From NCBI RefSeq assembly GCF_009914755.1, contig NC_060932.1: DNA of 64,000 nucleotides. One strand, 5' to 3'. The position numbers were made by a program, and so were the translations under genes. Below are positions 38,577 to 55,264 of this stretch, piece after piece. The DNA is from the human T2T-CHM13v2.0 reference genome, Homo sapiens. Below the pieces are notes generated by a model. That model was not told the DNA's origin, made no database searches, and was given only the letters and a program-made list of their open reading frames with translations. The stretch's first letter is position 1, and each line of letters starts with the position of its first letter.

Positions 38577-39319
38577 AAGGTATTCCCATATAAAATAATA
38601 AACAAATAATGAAATAAAATATTTAGTTTTTCTGTTTGTTTCTTCACATACATTCCATGAAGTATTTGAAGCAGTTAGGAAATGTTGGATAAACAACTAT
38701 GTCAACGACATTTATTTTAAGATTTGGAAACTGTTAGACTCAGATCAGAATTCTTTAGTCACTGTCCCCTCCCTACCCCAATCTGTGCATGCACACACAT
38801 ACACACAACCCTCTGTATGTACACACAGCCAGAAGTCAACCCAGTTAAAAAATCTAAAAGACAAAATTAGGTCAAAGATATAATTTTCTTTCTGACTTGG
38901 CCTTCAACTTTCATTGCAACTATTAGCATTGAACAGTTGATGATTTAAGAGGAAGTTGAGCTGCAACAAATATTTGAATGTGTGGAAATCATTATCCAAA
39001 TACATTCCAAATCCATTTCATAAAATGACAAGCTTAAAATTATAGCTGTACATGAACCCAGACTTAACTCAGTGTGTGAGAACGCTATGAATTATTATGT
39101 GATACGATTATATTGTTGTTACTAACTTTAATATTGTCGTTCTCTGTTTCACTTCTTAATTACTTTACAACCGAGTTCATTTATGTGGCTAAAGCTTGTG
39201 GGTAGGTGGGCAAGATTCTTTTTCTAAAATTAATTGTGACTATCAATTTCAAAAAGTATGATTATTCTTTAAAAATCTGTAGGTCCAAATCCCTGGATTT
39301 TTAAGCAACTTAAAAAAAA

Positions 39320-41415
39320 TTTTTTTTTATTTTATTTTAAGTTCCGGGATAGATTTGCAGGATGTACAGGTTTGTTACATAGATAAACATGTGCCATGGT
39401 GTTGCTGCACTTAACCCATCCCCTACATATTAAGCTCCACATGCATTAGCTGTTTACCCTGATGCTCTCCCTTCCACAAGAACCCCTCTCCCAACTGGCC
39501 CCAGCATGTGCTGTTCCCCTCTCCATGTCCATGTGTTCTCATTATTCAGCTCCCACTTATAAGTGAGAACATGCAGTGTTTGGTTTTCTGTTCCTGTGTT
39601 AGTTTGCTGAGGATAACAGTTTCCAGTTCCATCCATGTCCCTGCAAAGGATATGATCTCATTTTTTATGGCTGCATATTATTCCATGGTGTGTACACGTA
39701 CCACATTTTCTTTATGCAGTCTATCATAGATGCGCATTTAGGTTGATTCCGTGTCTTTCCTATTGTGAATAATCTTGCAATGAACATACTTGTGAATGTA
39801 CCTTTATAACAGAATGATTTCTATTCCTTTGGGTAAATACCCAGTAATGGGATTGCTGGATCAAATGGTATATCTGGTTCTAGGTCTTTGAGGAATTGCC
39901 ACATTGTCTTCCACAATGGTTGAACTAATTTACATTCCCACCAAGAGTGTAAAAGCATTCCTATTTCTCCACAGCCTCCTCAGCATCCATTGTTTCTTGA
40001 CTTTTTAATAATCATCATTCTGACTAGTATGAGATGATATCTCATTGTGGTTTTGATTTGCATTTCTCCAATGATCAGTGATGTTGAGCTCTTTTTCATG
40101 TTTGTTGGTCACATGTATGTCTTCTTTGAGAAGGGTCTGTTCATATAATTCGCCCACTTTTTAATGGGGCTGCTTGTTTTTTCTTGTACATTTGTTTAAG
40201 TTCCTTGTAGATTCTGGATATTAGACCTTCGTCAGATGGATAGATTGCAAAAATTTTCTCCCATTCTATAGGTTGCCTGTTCACTCTGATGATAGTTTCT
40301 TTTGCTGTGCAGAAGATCTTTAGTTTAATTAGATCTCATTTGTCAATTTTGGCTTTTGTTGCAATTGCTTTTGGTGTTTTAGTCATGAAGTCTTTGCCCA
40401 TGCCTATGTCCTGAATGGTATTGCCTAGATTTTACATTTAAGTATTTTAGGTTTGAGGTTTTACATTTAAGTGTTTAATCCATCTTGAGTTAATTTTTTT
40501 ATAAGGTGTAAGGAAGGGGTCCAGTTTCAATTTTCTGGATATGGCTAGCCAGTTTTCCCTGCACCATTTATTAAATAGGGAATCCTTTCCCCATTGCTTG
40601 CTTTTGCCAGGTTTATCAAAGATCATGTGCTTGTAGATGTGTGGTCTTATTTCTGAGATCTCTATTATGTTCCATTGGTTTATGTGTCTGTTTTTGTACC
40701 AGTACCATGCTATTTTGGTTACTCTAGCCTTGTGGTAAAGTTTGAAGTCAGGTAGCATGATGCCTCCAGCTTTGTTCTTTTTGTTTAGAATCATCTTGGC
40801 TTTACAAGCTTGTTTTTGGTTCCCTATGAATTTTAACATAGTTTTTTTTTCTAACTCTGTGAAGAATGTCAATGATAGTTTAATGGGAATAGCTTTGAAT
40901 CTATAAATTATTTTGGGCAGTATGGCCATTTTCACAATATTGATTCTTCCTATCCATGAGCATGAAATGCTTTTCCATTTGTTTGTTATCTCTCTTATTT
41001 CCATAAGCAGTGGTTCATAGTTCTCCATGAAGAGGTCCTTCACTTCCAGTTACCTGTATTCCTAGGTATTTTATTCTCTTTGTAGCAATTGTGAATGGAA
41101 ATTCATTCATGATTTGGCTCTCTGCTTGTCTATTGTCAGTATATAGGAATGCTTGTGATTTTTGCACGTGGATTTTGTATTCTGAGACTTTGCTGAGGTT
41201 ATCGGCTTAAGAAGTTTTTGGACTGAGATAATGGGGTTTTCTAGATATAGGATCATGTCATCTGCAAACAGAGACAGTTTGACTTCCTCAGTTCCTATTC
41301 GAATACACTTTATTTCTTTCTCTTCCCTGATTGTCCTGGCCAGAACTTCCAATAGTATGTTGAATAGGAGTGGTGAAAGAGGGCATCCTTGTCTTGTGAC
41401 ATTCTTCAAGGAGAA
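39320..41415 (-). mobile_element. 5'-truncated L1PA (~2.1 kb) with degenerate ORF2 RT/C-terminal fragments
   Basis: ORF track shows [14 protein letters not shown]...[13 protein letters not shown] (RT motif) and [16 protein letters not shown]; L1 3' UTR; TTAAGCAA at 39301 and 41416 as a probable TSD. Confidence 0.96.
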
Positions 41416-43215
41416 TTAAGCAAAATTTTTTCTAGCCTCCTCTTTTTACTTTTTCATGAAATTTCATAGGAAATATTCATATAAAAAGTAAGATAATGTA
41501 TTTAGTTACACTCCAGCTAATAATAAAGGGGAAGCTTTAAGAGATGCTGAGATCACTTTTACTATGGAAATCTAAATCTACTGTTGAAAATTGCTCACCA
41601 TGCAATCAGTTGGATTGTTGCCAAGTTGGTCCAGTTGAATAATTTAGAGAACTTTAAACAATGTCTCATACTTCAGTGATTTAATAGTAAAAATAAGATC
41701 AAATATACTAGACTGTAAATGATTGCTCAAAATTTAGCAATTTTGTTGCTTGGAAGTAAAAAACAAAAACGAGGAAAATAATAACAACAGTAATAATAAT
41801 AATAAGCGAAACCCTGATCTTAATTGAATTTTACTAGACCAGCACTAAGTGACAAAATATCAACAATATCAAAACATACAACATTACTGATGTTGTATGT
41901 ATTTGCCCATAAACATTGACTAAGTATCTGCTATCTGCCAGATATTTTAATAGGTAATGACAGACAAAAAATCTAATAGACAATTTCTAGCTTCTGATAA
42001 AGGATACCATAGAAATTTACAGTATAACATGTGTCACCACATAGCAATGTTGGTGGGGGTGAGTGCACGGGGTTCACAGATGAGAGACTAACACAGCTTA
42101 GGAGAGTTGAAAAGCAGGTTTCAGTAGGATGAGTAAGACTTTGTCAGATGAAGCGAGACGGTAGGAATTTCAGCCTATAACGAAGTGTTCAAAAAGGCAG
42201 ACTTTTGAAAGTGTGTCAGAGAAATACAGGGCAAGGAAGAAGCATGGATAGATATTTTGGAGTAAACTTATAAAAGGTTTGATGTGCCTTACTAAAAGAC
42301 TTAGAGTTTATGTTGCAGACAACAAGGTGACTCATAAAAGCTTAAATGAGCTAGGGGTATTTAGTGACTCCTGAGTCTAGGTGAGAAAGTCAAAAGATGA
42401 AACCTAGACAAAATTTTATAGGGTCTGCACAGTAAGGAGAAACAAAGAAATTTTAAAGAGGAAGGAAGAAAGAAAGAAGAGAAAGAAGGAAACAGGGACG
42501 ATCCTAGGACTATACAGTCATTATATAAAATTGTGAAATAGAGAAAGATACTTCTGTATATAATATAAATCCATCAGGTGTATCATGTGTAAAATAAAAT
42601 ATAGATCACATACATTAATAAATGTCTGACATGTACATAGTTCTTTTTTTGGTTGTTTTTTCGTTTCTTTTTTTGCCCCCACTCCACTGGGATATATAGC
42701 TCTTTACGGTTTACAATACATGTTTATGTTTATAACCTTATTTAATTATTAGAGTCATCACAAAGAAAGGCAGTATCTCCATGTAGGTCTAAAAGTTAGA
42801 CAACTCATGTGGAGCAACCTAAAAACTAAAAACACTGGATTCTAATCCTAGCTCTTAGCCCCCAATGCCAGTGTCCTTGCAATTAAAGCAACAATTTATA
42901 TACAGAGTGAATGTATTCCAGCACATTTGACATGTGCATAAGTTCAGATTTAGTTTATACTTCAAATATCAAGGGACCTGAGCACCAAAACTTAAGTAAA
43001 GGAAGGAGCAAAACCAGACATGAGTACTTCAGTAAACAGAGCAAACAATTCAGAGGTCTGCATGTTGTTTGTTAGGATTCACCTTCTTTGTGGGAATAAA
43101 ATTGATTCTTCTATCTTTTTACTTCTCCCTAATCCCCACTTCTCTACACCATGCTTCTTTAGTCCAAACTGATAAAATTTTCATCCACAAGCACTGCCTC
43201 AAAAACAGGACATGC

Positions 43216-43260
43216 TAAACACACACAAACACACACACACACAAACACACATACACACAT
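43216..43260. repeat. Imperfect (CA)n microsatellite
   Basis: Direct inspection. Confidence 0.9.
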
Positions 43261-44328
43261 GAGAAAGAGAGCTAAGAGTCTTATAGGTTAACTTGACCAC
43301 CATTTCTTTGATATAATTTAAAAAATGAAGTCCAGGGAACCTAATGGCTTGACAAATGTGGCACCTTAATTGGTGAGAGAGCTGAGTCTGAACCCCAGGC
43401 TCACTAACCTTCCATCCATAGAGGTTTCCACAGCCTCCAGCCAAGAATCATAGGACATATTCTGCCAAGAAGAAAACCAAAAGAAGGAGAGACTCCCAGC
43501 AATGCCCATGTGGGACTCGAAAGGGGGAGGAAGCCGGCCTACTGCAATGTTTCCCAGATTTTTAGATTTCATGGAGCAACAACATTTCAAATAAATATAT
43601 AAGTTCCATCATTGGGCTGCCAATATTTTAATTTCACCAAGAAAAGACATTTTAAAACAAAGGCAAAAGAAATATAAATAACTTTCACCACAATTTCACC
43701 CAAAAACAGACACTGCCATATCAAAGGTTAGGACACTCTTACTATGGAATGAAGTCTGCTCTATGAAAAATTCATCTTATTGCAGCCTTTTTTACTATTT
43801 AGCTGAGGATTAATGCATGCTTTATCCTGCACCAGCACTGGGCTGATGGCCAAGATTTAGAAACTACTGTAATATGGGAATAAGCCCTAAACTAAGTATT
43901 AGAGGACCAGGCTTTAGTCACTCACTATCACTCAAAGACTGTGCGACATGGGCCCAACTCTGAATCTCACACTAGCTAACTTAGACTTCCAACCAGCTCT
44001 AGAATTCTAGCATTCTAGGAAGAGTTAAATATCTAAATCAGACCAACACTACAGATGCCGCCTGAGAACCCAGGGATTTCAGAAAGCCTGTTTCCCAGGT
44101 CTTGTCCTTTCAAGCCTCAGGGGAAAATTTGGGCAAGTGGGAAATAATAGCTGCTCAACCTGGCATGACACACTTCACATAAGTCCAGTAGTAGCTTTAA
44201 AATCACAGTACAGGAGATAAAAAGTCAGGCTGATCAGAACTGTTGATATTTAAATTCTCAATTGCCCTGTGCCTTTTTTTCCTATGGTAACTATGATTTC
44301 TGACATCATATTGCTCCTATCTTTGTAG

Positions 44329-44439
44329 GAAAAAATGGCAACAGAAGAAGGAAAGAGGAGAGAATGGGGAGCAGACACTAAGGTGTAGTGAAAGGAGGAA
44401 AATGAAGGCTAAGTCTAATGATGTGAATCCTCTTTGCAA
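44329..44439 (+). ncRNA. Internal exon (111 nt, purine-rich) of the putative + strand transcript
   Basis: Branch-like CTGAC (44300) and TTGCTCCTATCTTTGTAG| acceptor; donor CAA|GTAAGC; many GAA/GGA splicing-enhancer-like purine repeats. Confidence 0.7.
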
Positions 44440-47329
44440 GTAAGCCATGTCAGACACTGCTCTTTACAAAGAGTCTTCAATTTCAGAGTCTCTGCTGGTA
44501 CATTCAACCCCTTGTGTGTCCATAACTAAAAAATATAAGTAGGGGGATGGAATAGAACTTTGCAATGCATCAACAGAGGAATCCTATTTCATCCTTCTTG
44601 TCCAGGGACCTGCAGAGGGAAGACTGAAAACCTGCACATTCAGTTAAATCTTAATGAGGTATTTAAAAGTTATTTTGGATCAAATACAGAGTGAAAGTGC
44701 AGAGATGAAACCACACGAAACCTAGAAACAACAAGGTGGAAGCAGATTTAACTAAGAATTTCCTTCCCTCAGTCTCTTTTAGTCACATCCATAATATAAT
44801 TACAGCTTAGCATTTGCATTTAATTATATAGTGTTGAGAAACACTCTGAATTTTATAGCAAAGCTGAACCAAAAAGCTTTATTGCCAATTGGTTTTGTAG
44901 TTCCAATGCGGGGAAGGAATTGCAGAACAGGCAAATACAAATCTTGGCTAAATAGAACAGAATGAAGATGTTTATGGTCATGCCAAGCATAGACATATTT
45001 GCACAAATATGGTACAAATAAACAAATGTTACAAATTTGCTTAGGCAAATAGAAAACTCTCAGTAAGTGTTAGGTGTTATCATCATCATATTTGCAAAAA
45101 ATGATTCAAGAATTTGTTGGTTTTTTTTTAACTTCCATGCCAATAAAATAAAATCTACAGAAGAGTTAGTGTAAGGCCTTCAAGCTACCTTTTTAAGGAA
45201 AACCCACAGCGTTCAGCTGAGCCATATACACCTTCTTTGGTGTTATTCCACTTCCTTTTTTTCCATCCTAAACTCCAGAGGTGTTAAAAAGAGGGTAAGT
45301 TCTTTCCTTGGGGTGGATTTTGTGGTACCAACCACAGGAATTTCGCATGACTTTAGTGCCTAAGTAATTGCTATCATGAAAATTCCTGATTTTTCAAAAA
45401 TAAATGATGCATAAAAGGCACATAAAAGTTCAGTTAATAAGTCCCAATGCGTTCAAGAACATATGATAGCTCAGCCAATGGAACTAGTTTTTTATTCAGT
45501 GGAGACCTCTTCAATGCATTGCCTCAGTGCACAGTAAATCTATTCTTTTAGCAGGTTTATTCCTTTATCTGGTAGTCAATTAAATGGCCTTTCATGAAAT
45601 GTAGCAATGACATACATTTGTGGAGGGAGGTATATTCTTATAACTTGTCTGATTATCTTCATGCTTTAGCATGTATTATTTATGAGTGTTATTTCTTGAG
45701 CAGGTTTATGCCTTCATCAAGTAATCATGAACACATTTTAAGTATAAATATGAGTCCATAGCAACTGGAAACCACCATGGTTTTAACCAGGTTCATTCTT
45801 GCACAAATATCTCATTCAATTTTGAAGAAATTGTATTTTGAGAATAAAATTTATTTTGTCATTTTCCCTCCTCACTTTCCAAATTGTAATACCTCTACTA
45901 CAAAGAAAAGCAATCATCACTGTTGCATGCATTCAACTAAATATTTCTAGCTGTAGAAATGCCATCAGCTTATTTCAGACATCTAAGATGAACTGAAAGA
46001 AAGCTTTTAAAATGCAACAGCATCTATGATAATTCTTCAACCTAAGAGGAACTTTGCAGAATAAATATCAGAAAAATGTATTGACACACTTTTGTGGGTG
46101 GTAGAATGTAATCAGGTTTTTAATGTTTGGCTGTTAGATTTTTGTTGTTGCTTGTTTTTGTTAAAATTTTCATCTGACCAATGAATCACTTTTTCTGTTG
46201 TAAAAATGGTTAAAAATGGAAAGTTATTCTATTTTCAAAGATGGAATCTTTAGCTAAATTTTTAAAAATTTATTTTATGCATGAAACAATTGAAATGTTA
46301 GATGAATCAAGAATTACAATCTTGTCTCTAATCTTATTATTAAACCAGCATTTTGGGCAATCATCCGGTGTTTAATTGAATATTTTTTGAATCATTATTA
46401 TTTTGGAAATAATTAAAATAACAACATGGTTGGCTGGTATTATTTCCTATACTACTATAATCTTTAAAGGTATGAATTAGCTGGTCTTGAAATAAGGAAT
46501 ATTATGATCCAGTAATGGTATGACATTCTTTTTTATGACTATAGCTCGGGTTATAATGTGACAAGGAAAAAAATGTAATGTTTCCAAAATGACAGTTTCT
46601 TAGATTTGTGTTGCCTGAGGTAGTTCAGCTGAACAATAAACTATAATTTGATTGACGGAAAATTGAAGTGGTCCATCTAATCTGCCAGTCTAGCCTACCT
46701 CGGCTTGGTTTTGCATGTATGATGATGTATCACACTTTTAGAGATAATGTTGTTTGTATTATACAGGAGATTTCTTCTGCCACATAAAAAAGAAGGACTT
46801 TATTGCACACAAGTGATCAAAATATTATGCCATAGATTAACATGGAATCAAATTTGTTGGAGTATAAGTTTGTAAGTTCAAATGTAGAAGACTAAATGAT
46901 ATAAATAAAGCCTCAGAATACAGTTACTGGTTGGAGAAAAATTAGCCATGTACTGATGGTAGAATTATTAAGTCTGGGGAAAGGTGACATCTGCATCTAG
47001 AAAAGCAATCAGATTATAGCTATTCAACTTTTTTTTAAATAAATTGCTGCCTTAATCAAGAGAAATCTTATATACATCAATTATATTAAGACTCCTAAGT
47101 TCTAGAGTAAAAAATGTATTTTTTGTATTATAATTTAAGTTCTGGTTTACATGTACAGAATGTGCAGTTTTGTTACATAGGTATACACATGCCATGGTGG
47201 TTTGCTGCACACATCAACCCGTCATCTACATTAGGTATTTCTCCTGATGTTATCTTTCTCCTAGTCCCCCACCCCCCACAGACCCTGCTGTGTGATGTTC
47301 CACTCTCTGTCTCCATGTGTTCTTATTGT

Positions 47330-51152
<3,823 letters not shown>

Positions 51153-51214
51153 TATGATGTTAGCTGGTTATTTTGCCTGTTAATTGATGCAGTTTCTTCA
51201 TAGCATTGATGGTC

Positions 51215-52223
51215 TTTACCATTTGGCATGTTTTTCCAGTGGCTGGTACCAGTTGTTCCTTTCTATGTTTAGTGCTTACTTCAGGAGCTCTTGTAAGGCA
51301 GGCCTGATGGTGATGAAATATCTCAGCATTTCTCTGTCTCTAAAGGATTTTATTTCTCCTTCACTTATAAAGATTTGTTTAGCTGCATATGAAATTCTGG
51401 GTTGAAAATTCTTTTCTTTAAGAATGTTGAATATTGGCCCACACTCTCTTCTGACATGTAGGGTTTCTGCAGAGAAATTCACTGTTAGTCTGAGGGGCTT
51501 CCCTTTGTGGATAACCCGACCTTTCTCTCTGGCTGCTCTTAACATTTTTTCCTTCATTTCAACCTTGGTGAATCTGACACTTATGTGTCTTGGGGTTGCT
51601 CTTCTTGAGTAGTGTCTTTGTGGTGTTCTCTGTATTAATGCCTTGCTAAGTTGGGAAAATTCTCCTGGATAATATCCTGAAGAGTGTTTTCTAACTTGGT
51701 TCCATTTTCCCCATCACTTTCAGGTACAATAATCAAATGTAGATTTGGTCTTTTCACACAGTCCCATATTTCTTGGAGGCTTTGTTCGTTTCTTTTCACT
51801 CTTTTTTTCTCTAACCTTGTCTTCTCGCTTTATTTCATTAATTTTATCTTCAGTCATTGGTATCCTGTCTTCCACTTGATAGAATCAGCCACTGAAGCTT
51901 GTCTATGCTTCATGAAGTTCTTGCACTGTGGTTTTCAACTCCATCAGGTCATTTAAACTCTTCTCTACACTGGTTATTCAAGTTATCCATTTGTCTAATC
52001 TTTTTTCAAGGTTTTTAGCTTCCATGCGATGGGTTAGAACATGCTGCTTCAGCTCAGAGAAGTTTGTTATTACCAACCTGCTGAAGCCTACTTCTGTCAA
52101 CTCATCAAACTCATTCTCCATCCAGTTTTGTTCCCATGCTGGTGAGGAGTTGTGTTCCTTTGGAGAAGAAGACGTGTTCTGGTTCTTGGAATTTTCAGCC
52201 TTTCTGCTCTGGTTTCTCCCTAT
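51215..52223 (-). pseudogene. L1 ORF1p, inactivated (start ATG changed to ATA, frameshifts)
   Basis: ORF fragments IGRNQSRKAENSKNQ... and MKEKMLRAAREKG...NFQPRISY. Confidence 0.9.
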
Positions 52224-52826
52224 CTTTGTGGTTTTATCTACCTTTGGTCTTTGCTGTTGGTGACCTACAGATGGGGTTTTGTTGTGGATGTCCATTTCGT
52301 TGATGTTGATGCTATTCCTTTCTGTTTATTAGTTTTCCTTCTAACAGACAGGCCTCTCAGCTGCAAGTCTGTTGGCATTTGCTGGCGGTCCTCTCCAGAC
52401 CCTGTTTGCCTGAGTATCACCATCGGAGGCTACAGAACAGCAAATGTTGCTGCCTGATCCTTCCTCTGGGAGCTTTGTCCCAGAGGGGCACCCGCCTGTA
52501 TGAGGTGACTGTCAGCCCCTACTGGGAGGTGTCTCCCAGTCAGGCTACAATGGGGATCAGGGACCCACTTGAGGACGCAGTCTGTCCATTATCAAAGCTC
52601 GAATATCATGCTGGGAGAACCACTACTCTCTTCACAGCTATCAGGCAAGGATGTTTAAGTCTGGAGAAGCTGTCTGCTGCCTTTTATTCAGATATGCCCT
52701 GCCCCCAGAGGTGGAATCTAGAGAGGCAGTAGGCCTTGCTGAGCTGCTGTGGGCTCTGCCCAGTTCAAGCTTCCCTGCCGCTTTGTTTACACTGTGAGCA
52801 CAGAACTGCCTACTCAAGCCTCAGCA

Positions 52827-52967
52827 ATGTTGGACGCCCCTGCCCCTGTCAAGCTCCAGCATCCCAGGTCAATCTCAGACTGCTGCACTAGCAGCGAGCA
52901 AGGCTCCATGGGCGTGGGACCCACCGGGCCAGGTACAGGAGGGGATCTCCTGGTCTGCCAGTTGTGA
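52827..52967 (+). pseudogene. L1 ORF0 homolog (46 aa, truncated) in the antisense promoter region
   Basis: MLDAPAPVKLQHPRSISDCCTSSEQGSMGVGPTGPG resembles L1 ORF0 (MAGAPPP...ISDCCASNQRDSVGVGPSEPG). Confidence 0.75.
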
Positions 52968-54045
52968 AAACCACGGGAAAAGTGCAGTATTTGGGCAGGA
53001 GTGTACCGTTCCTCCAGGTACAGTCACTCATGGCTCCCCTTGGCTAGGAAAGGGAAATTCTCCAACTCCTTGCACTTCCCAGGTGAGATGACACCCTGCC
53101 CTGCTTTGGCTTGCCCTCCGTGGGCTGCACCCACTGTCCAACCAGTCCCAAGGAGATGAACCATGTATCTCAATTGGAAATGCAGAAATCACCCATCTTC
53201 TGCATCGATATAGCTGGGAGCTGTAGACTGGAGCTCTTCCTATTCAGCCATCTTAGAAGCACCTCCTAAAAAACGTATTTGAAAAATAATAAAAGGGCAA
53301 TAAACATCACTAAACACTTAACTACATGCAAATTCAAATAACAAATTGGTAAGCAAAGAACATGAGGCTATGTAAAATTAACTGCTGAATATTGATGATT
53401 GTTCATATTTAACCATGGTAAATTGAAATTAACATTCCTTGGTTAATTTCTGAGCATAATTTTGAACAAGATAGTTTTAATTCACTTCTACTACTAAGAG
53501 ACAGTCAAAACAACTTTGTGAATTTTGTATACAATTTAAATAACAATATAAGAAAGTGTATCCAATTATTTGTCTTTAAATTGCTATAAAAAATTGAATT
53601 TATAGAGAGGTTTTATAGTTACTTAAAATTTAATATTCCAGATAGTAATATATCTTTAATCAGACAAGTGATATATTTTAAAATAAAAATTACAGTATTG
53701 GAAATTTTGTATGACAATTTCTTCTCTATTCAAGAATGAGCAATGGTTATTAGAAAGGAAACTACCAAAAAATTTGGGGATTCAATATCATTTCTGGACT
53801 ATACAATTTATCCAAAATAACCATGGAAACATTTTTTCACTTATCAATTAAAAAACATTTTAAATATTTATTAACATTTAAAAAGGCACCATCACCAGTT
53901 TATTGTGAAATGAATGCTCATTTAACATGGGTGGAAGTGCAGGCTATTATGACCTTTCTGGAAAGCAATTTGAAAACGTAAACATAATTACTTGAGTACT
54001 TGCAATGTTTCAGGAATTGTGCTGTCCATGTATTTGCTCAAGTAT

Positions 54046-54117
54046 AAACTTTATATCAAGAGCCATAAAAACTTTATATCAAGAGCCATAAAAACTTTAT
54101 ATCAAAAGCCATAAAAA
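54046..54117. repeat. Tandem repeat, 23 bp x ~3 (AAAACTTTATATCAAGAGCCATA)
   Basis: Period of 23 verified at 54048, 54071 and 54094; one mismatch in the third copy. Confidence 0.95.
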
Positions 54118-54147
54118 TATTCATAACCTCTGACTCATTAATTCCAA

Positions 54148-54430
54148 TTTTTTTATTATTATATTTTAAGTTTTAGGGTACATGTGCACAATGTGCAGGT
54201 TAGTTACATACGTACACATGTGCCATGTTGGTGTGCTGCACCCATCAACTCGTCATTTAACGTTAGGTATGTCTCCTAATGCTATCCCTCCCCCCTCCCC
54301 CCACCCCACAACAGTCCCTGGTGTGTGATGTTCCCCTTCCTGTGTCCATGTGTTCTCATTGTTCAATTCCCACCTCTGAGTGAGAACATGGAATTCCCTT
54401 TCCTAGTCAAAGAAAGGGCACCTGGAAAAT
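54148..54430 (-). mobile_element. Short 5'-inverted (twin-primed) L1PA: 3' end on the - strand plus a 5' UTR fragment on the + strand
   Basis: 54148-54390 is L1 3' UTR in reverse; 54391-54430 GAATTCCCTTTCCTAGTCAAAGAAAGGG/CACCTGGAAAAT is L1 5' UTR in sense; TSD AATTCCAAT(T/C)TTT at 54140 and 54428. Confidence 0.88.
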
Positions 54431-54914
54431 TCCAATCTTTAAAACAGATCTTAAGAAAATTAATGTAACATGAGAGAGATATATATGTATATTGATTGCA
54501 ACACTACAAACAGGAAAAATTGAGGATAACTATCGTTTTCAATAATTATTTAATTATGATATATTCTTTTGATCACATGATTATTCAGTCAATGAAAATT
54601 ATTTTATGTAAAATATTTTATAACATGCAAATTGTTTATAGTATGTTAGGTTAGAAAAAACAAGAAACAAAATTGTACTCATTACTTATATTAATAGCAA
54701 AGTATGCAAAGTTAGCATAGCAAAATATTCTAGGGAAACAGTTGGTGGAAACATAGTTTTACTCTTCTTTTACTTTTCTATATTCCCAAATATTTTTCGA
54801 TCAGCATGCATTACTTTCATAATTGAATACTTCCATAATTGGAAAAAGTCACGAGCCCTATTACTTTGATTTTATCCATACTTGCTTACCTTGGCATACA
54901 AGGTACCTTAGAAG

Positions 54915-55045
54915 TGAGGGAAAAAGCATGAACTACAAGGTCAAATAAGCCTGACTTGCAATGCCAGCTCCACTGCTTTCTAGCTATCTGGCCCTGAACA
55001 GGTTATATAAACTCTCTGGGATTCAGTTTCCTCATATATAAAATA
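54915..55045 (+). mobile_element. MIR SINE fragment
   Basis: CCAGCTCCACTGCTTTCTAGCT...TCTCTGGGATTCAGTTTCCTCATATATAAAAT. Confidence 0.75.
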
Positions 55046-55210
55046 AATTCATCAATAATCCCATATAAAAGATTCAAAGATTAGAGACTGATCAACATTA
55101 ACTTTAAAGAGGAAGAAGGTCCTAGGAAGGAATTCAACAAGAACATAATGTTTAATGAGTCCTGGAGGAAGAAATGGCTGTATATATCTGACTTTTGCAG
55201 GATGAGTTGG

Positions 55211-55213
<3 letters not shown>

Positions 55214-55264
<51 letters not shown>

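Noticed and set aside
15700-44439. Assigning a gene name (known neural lncRNA or miRNA host genes were considered)
   Set aside because: I could not match the exons confidently from memory and saw no miRNA hairpin I recognise; BLAT of the exons is needed.
54046-54117. Short regular repeats here and at 12321-12412 considered as CRISPR-like arrays
   Set aside because: Head-to-tail tandem units with no unique spacers and no cas genes, in a primate genomic context.
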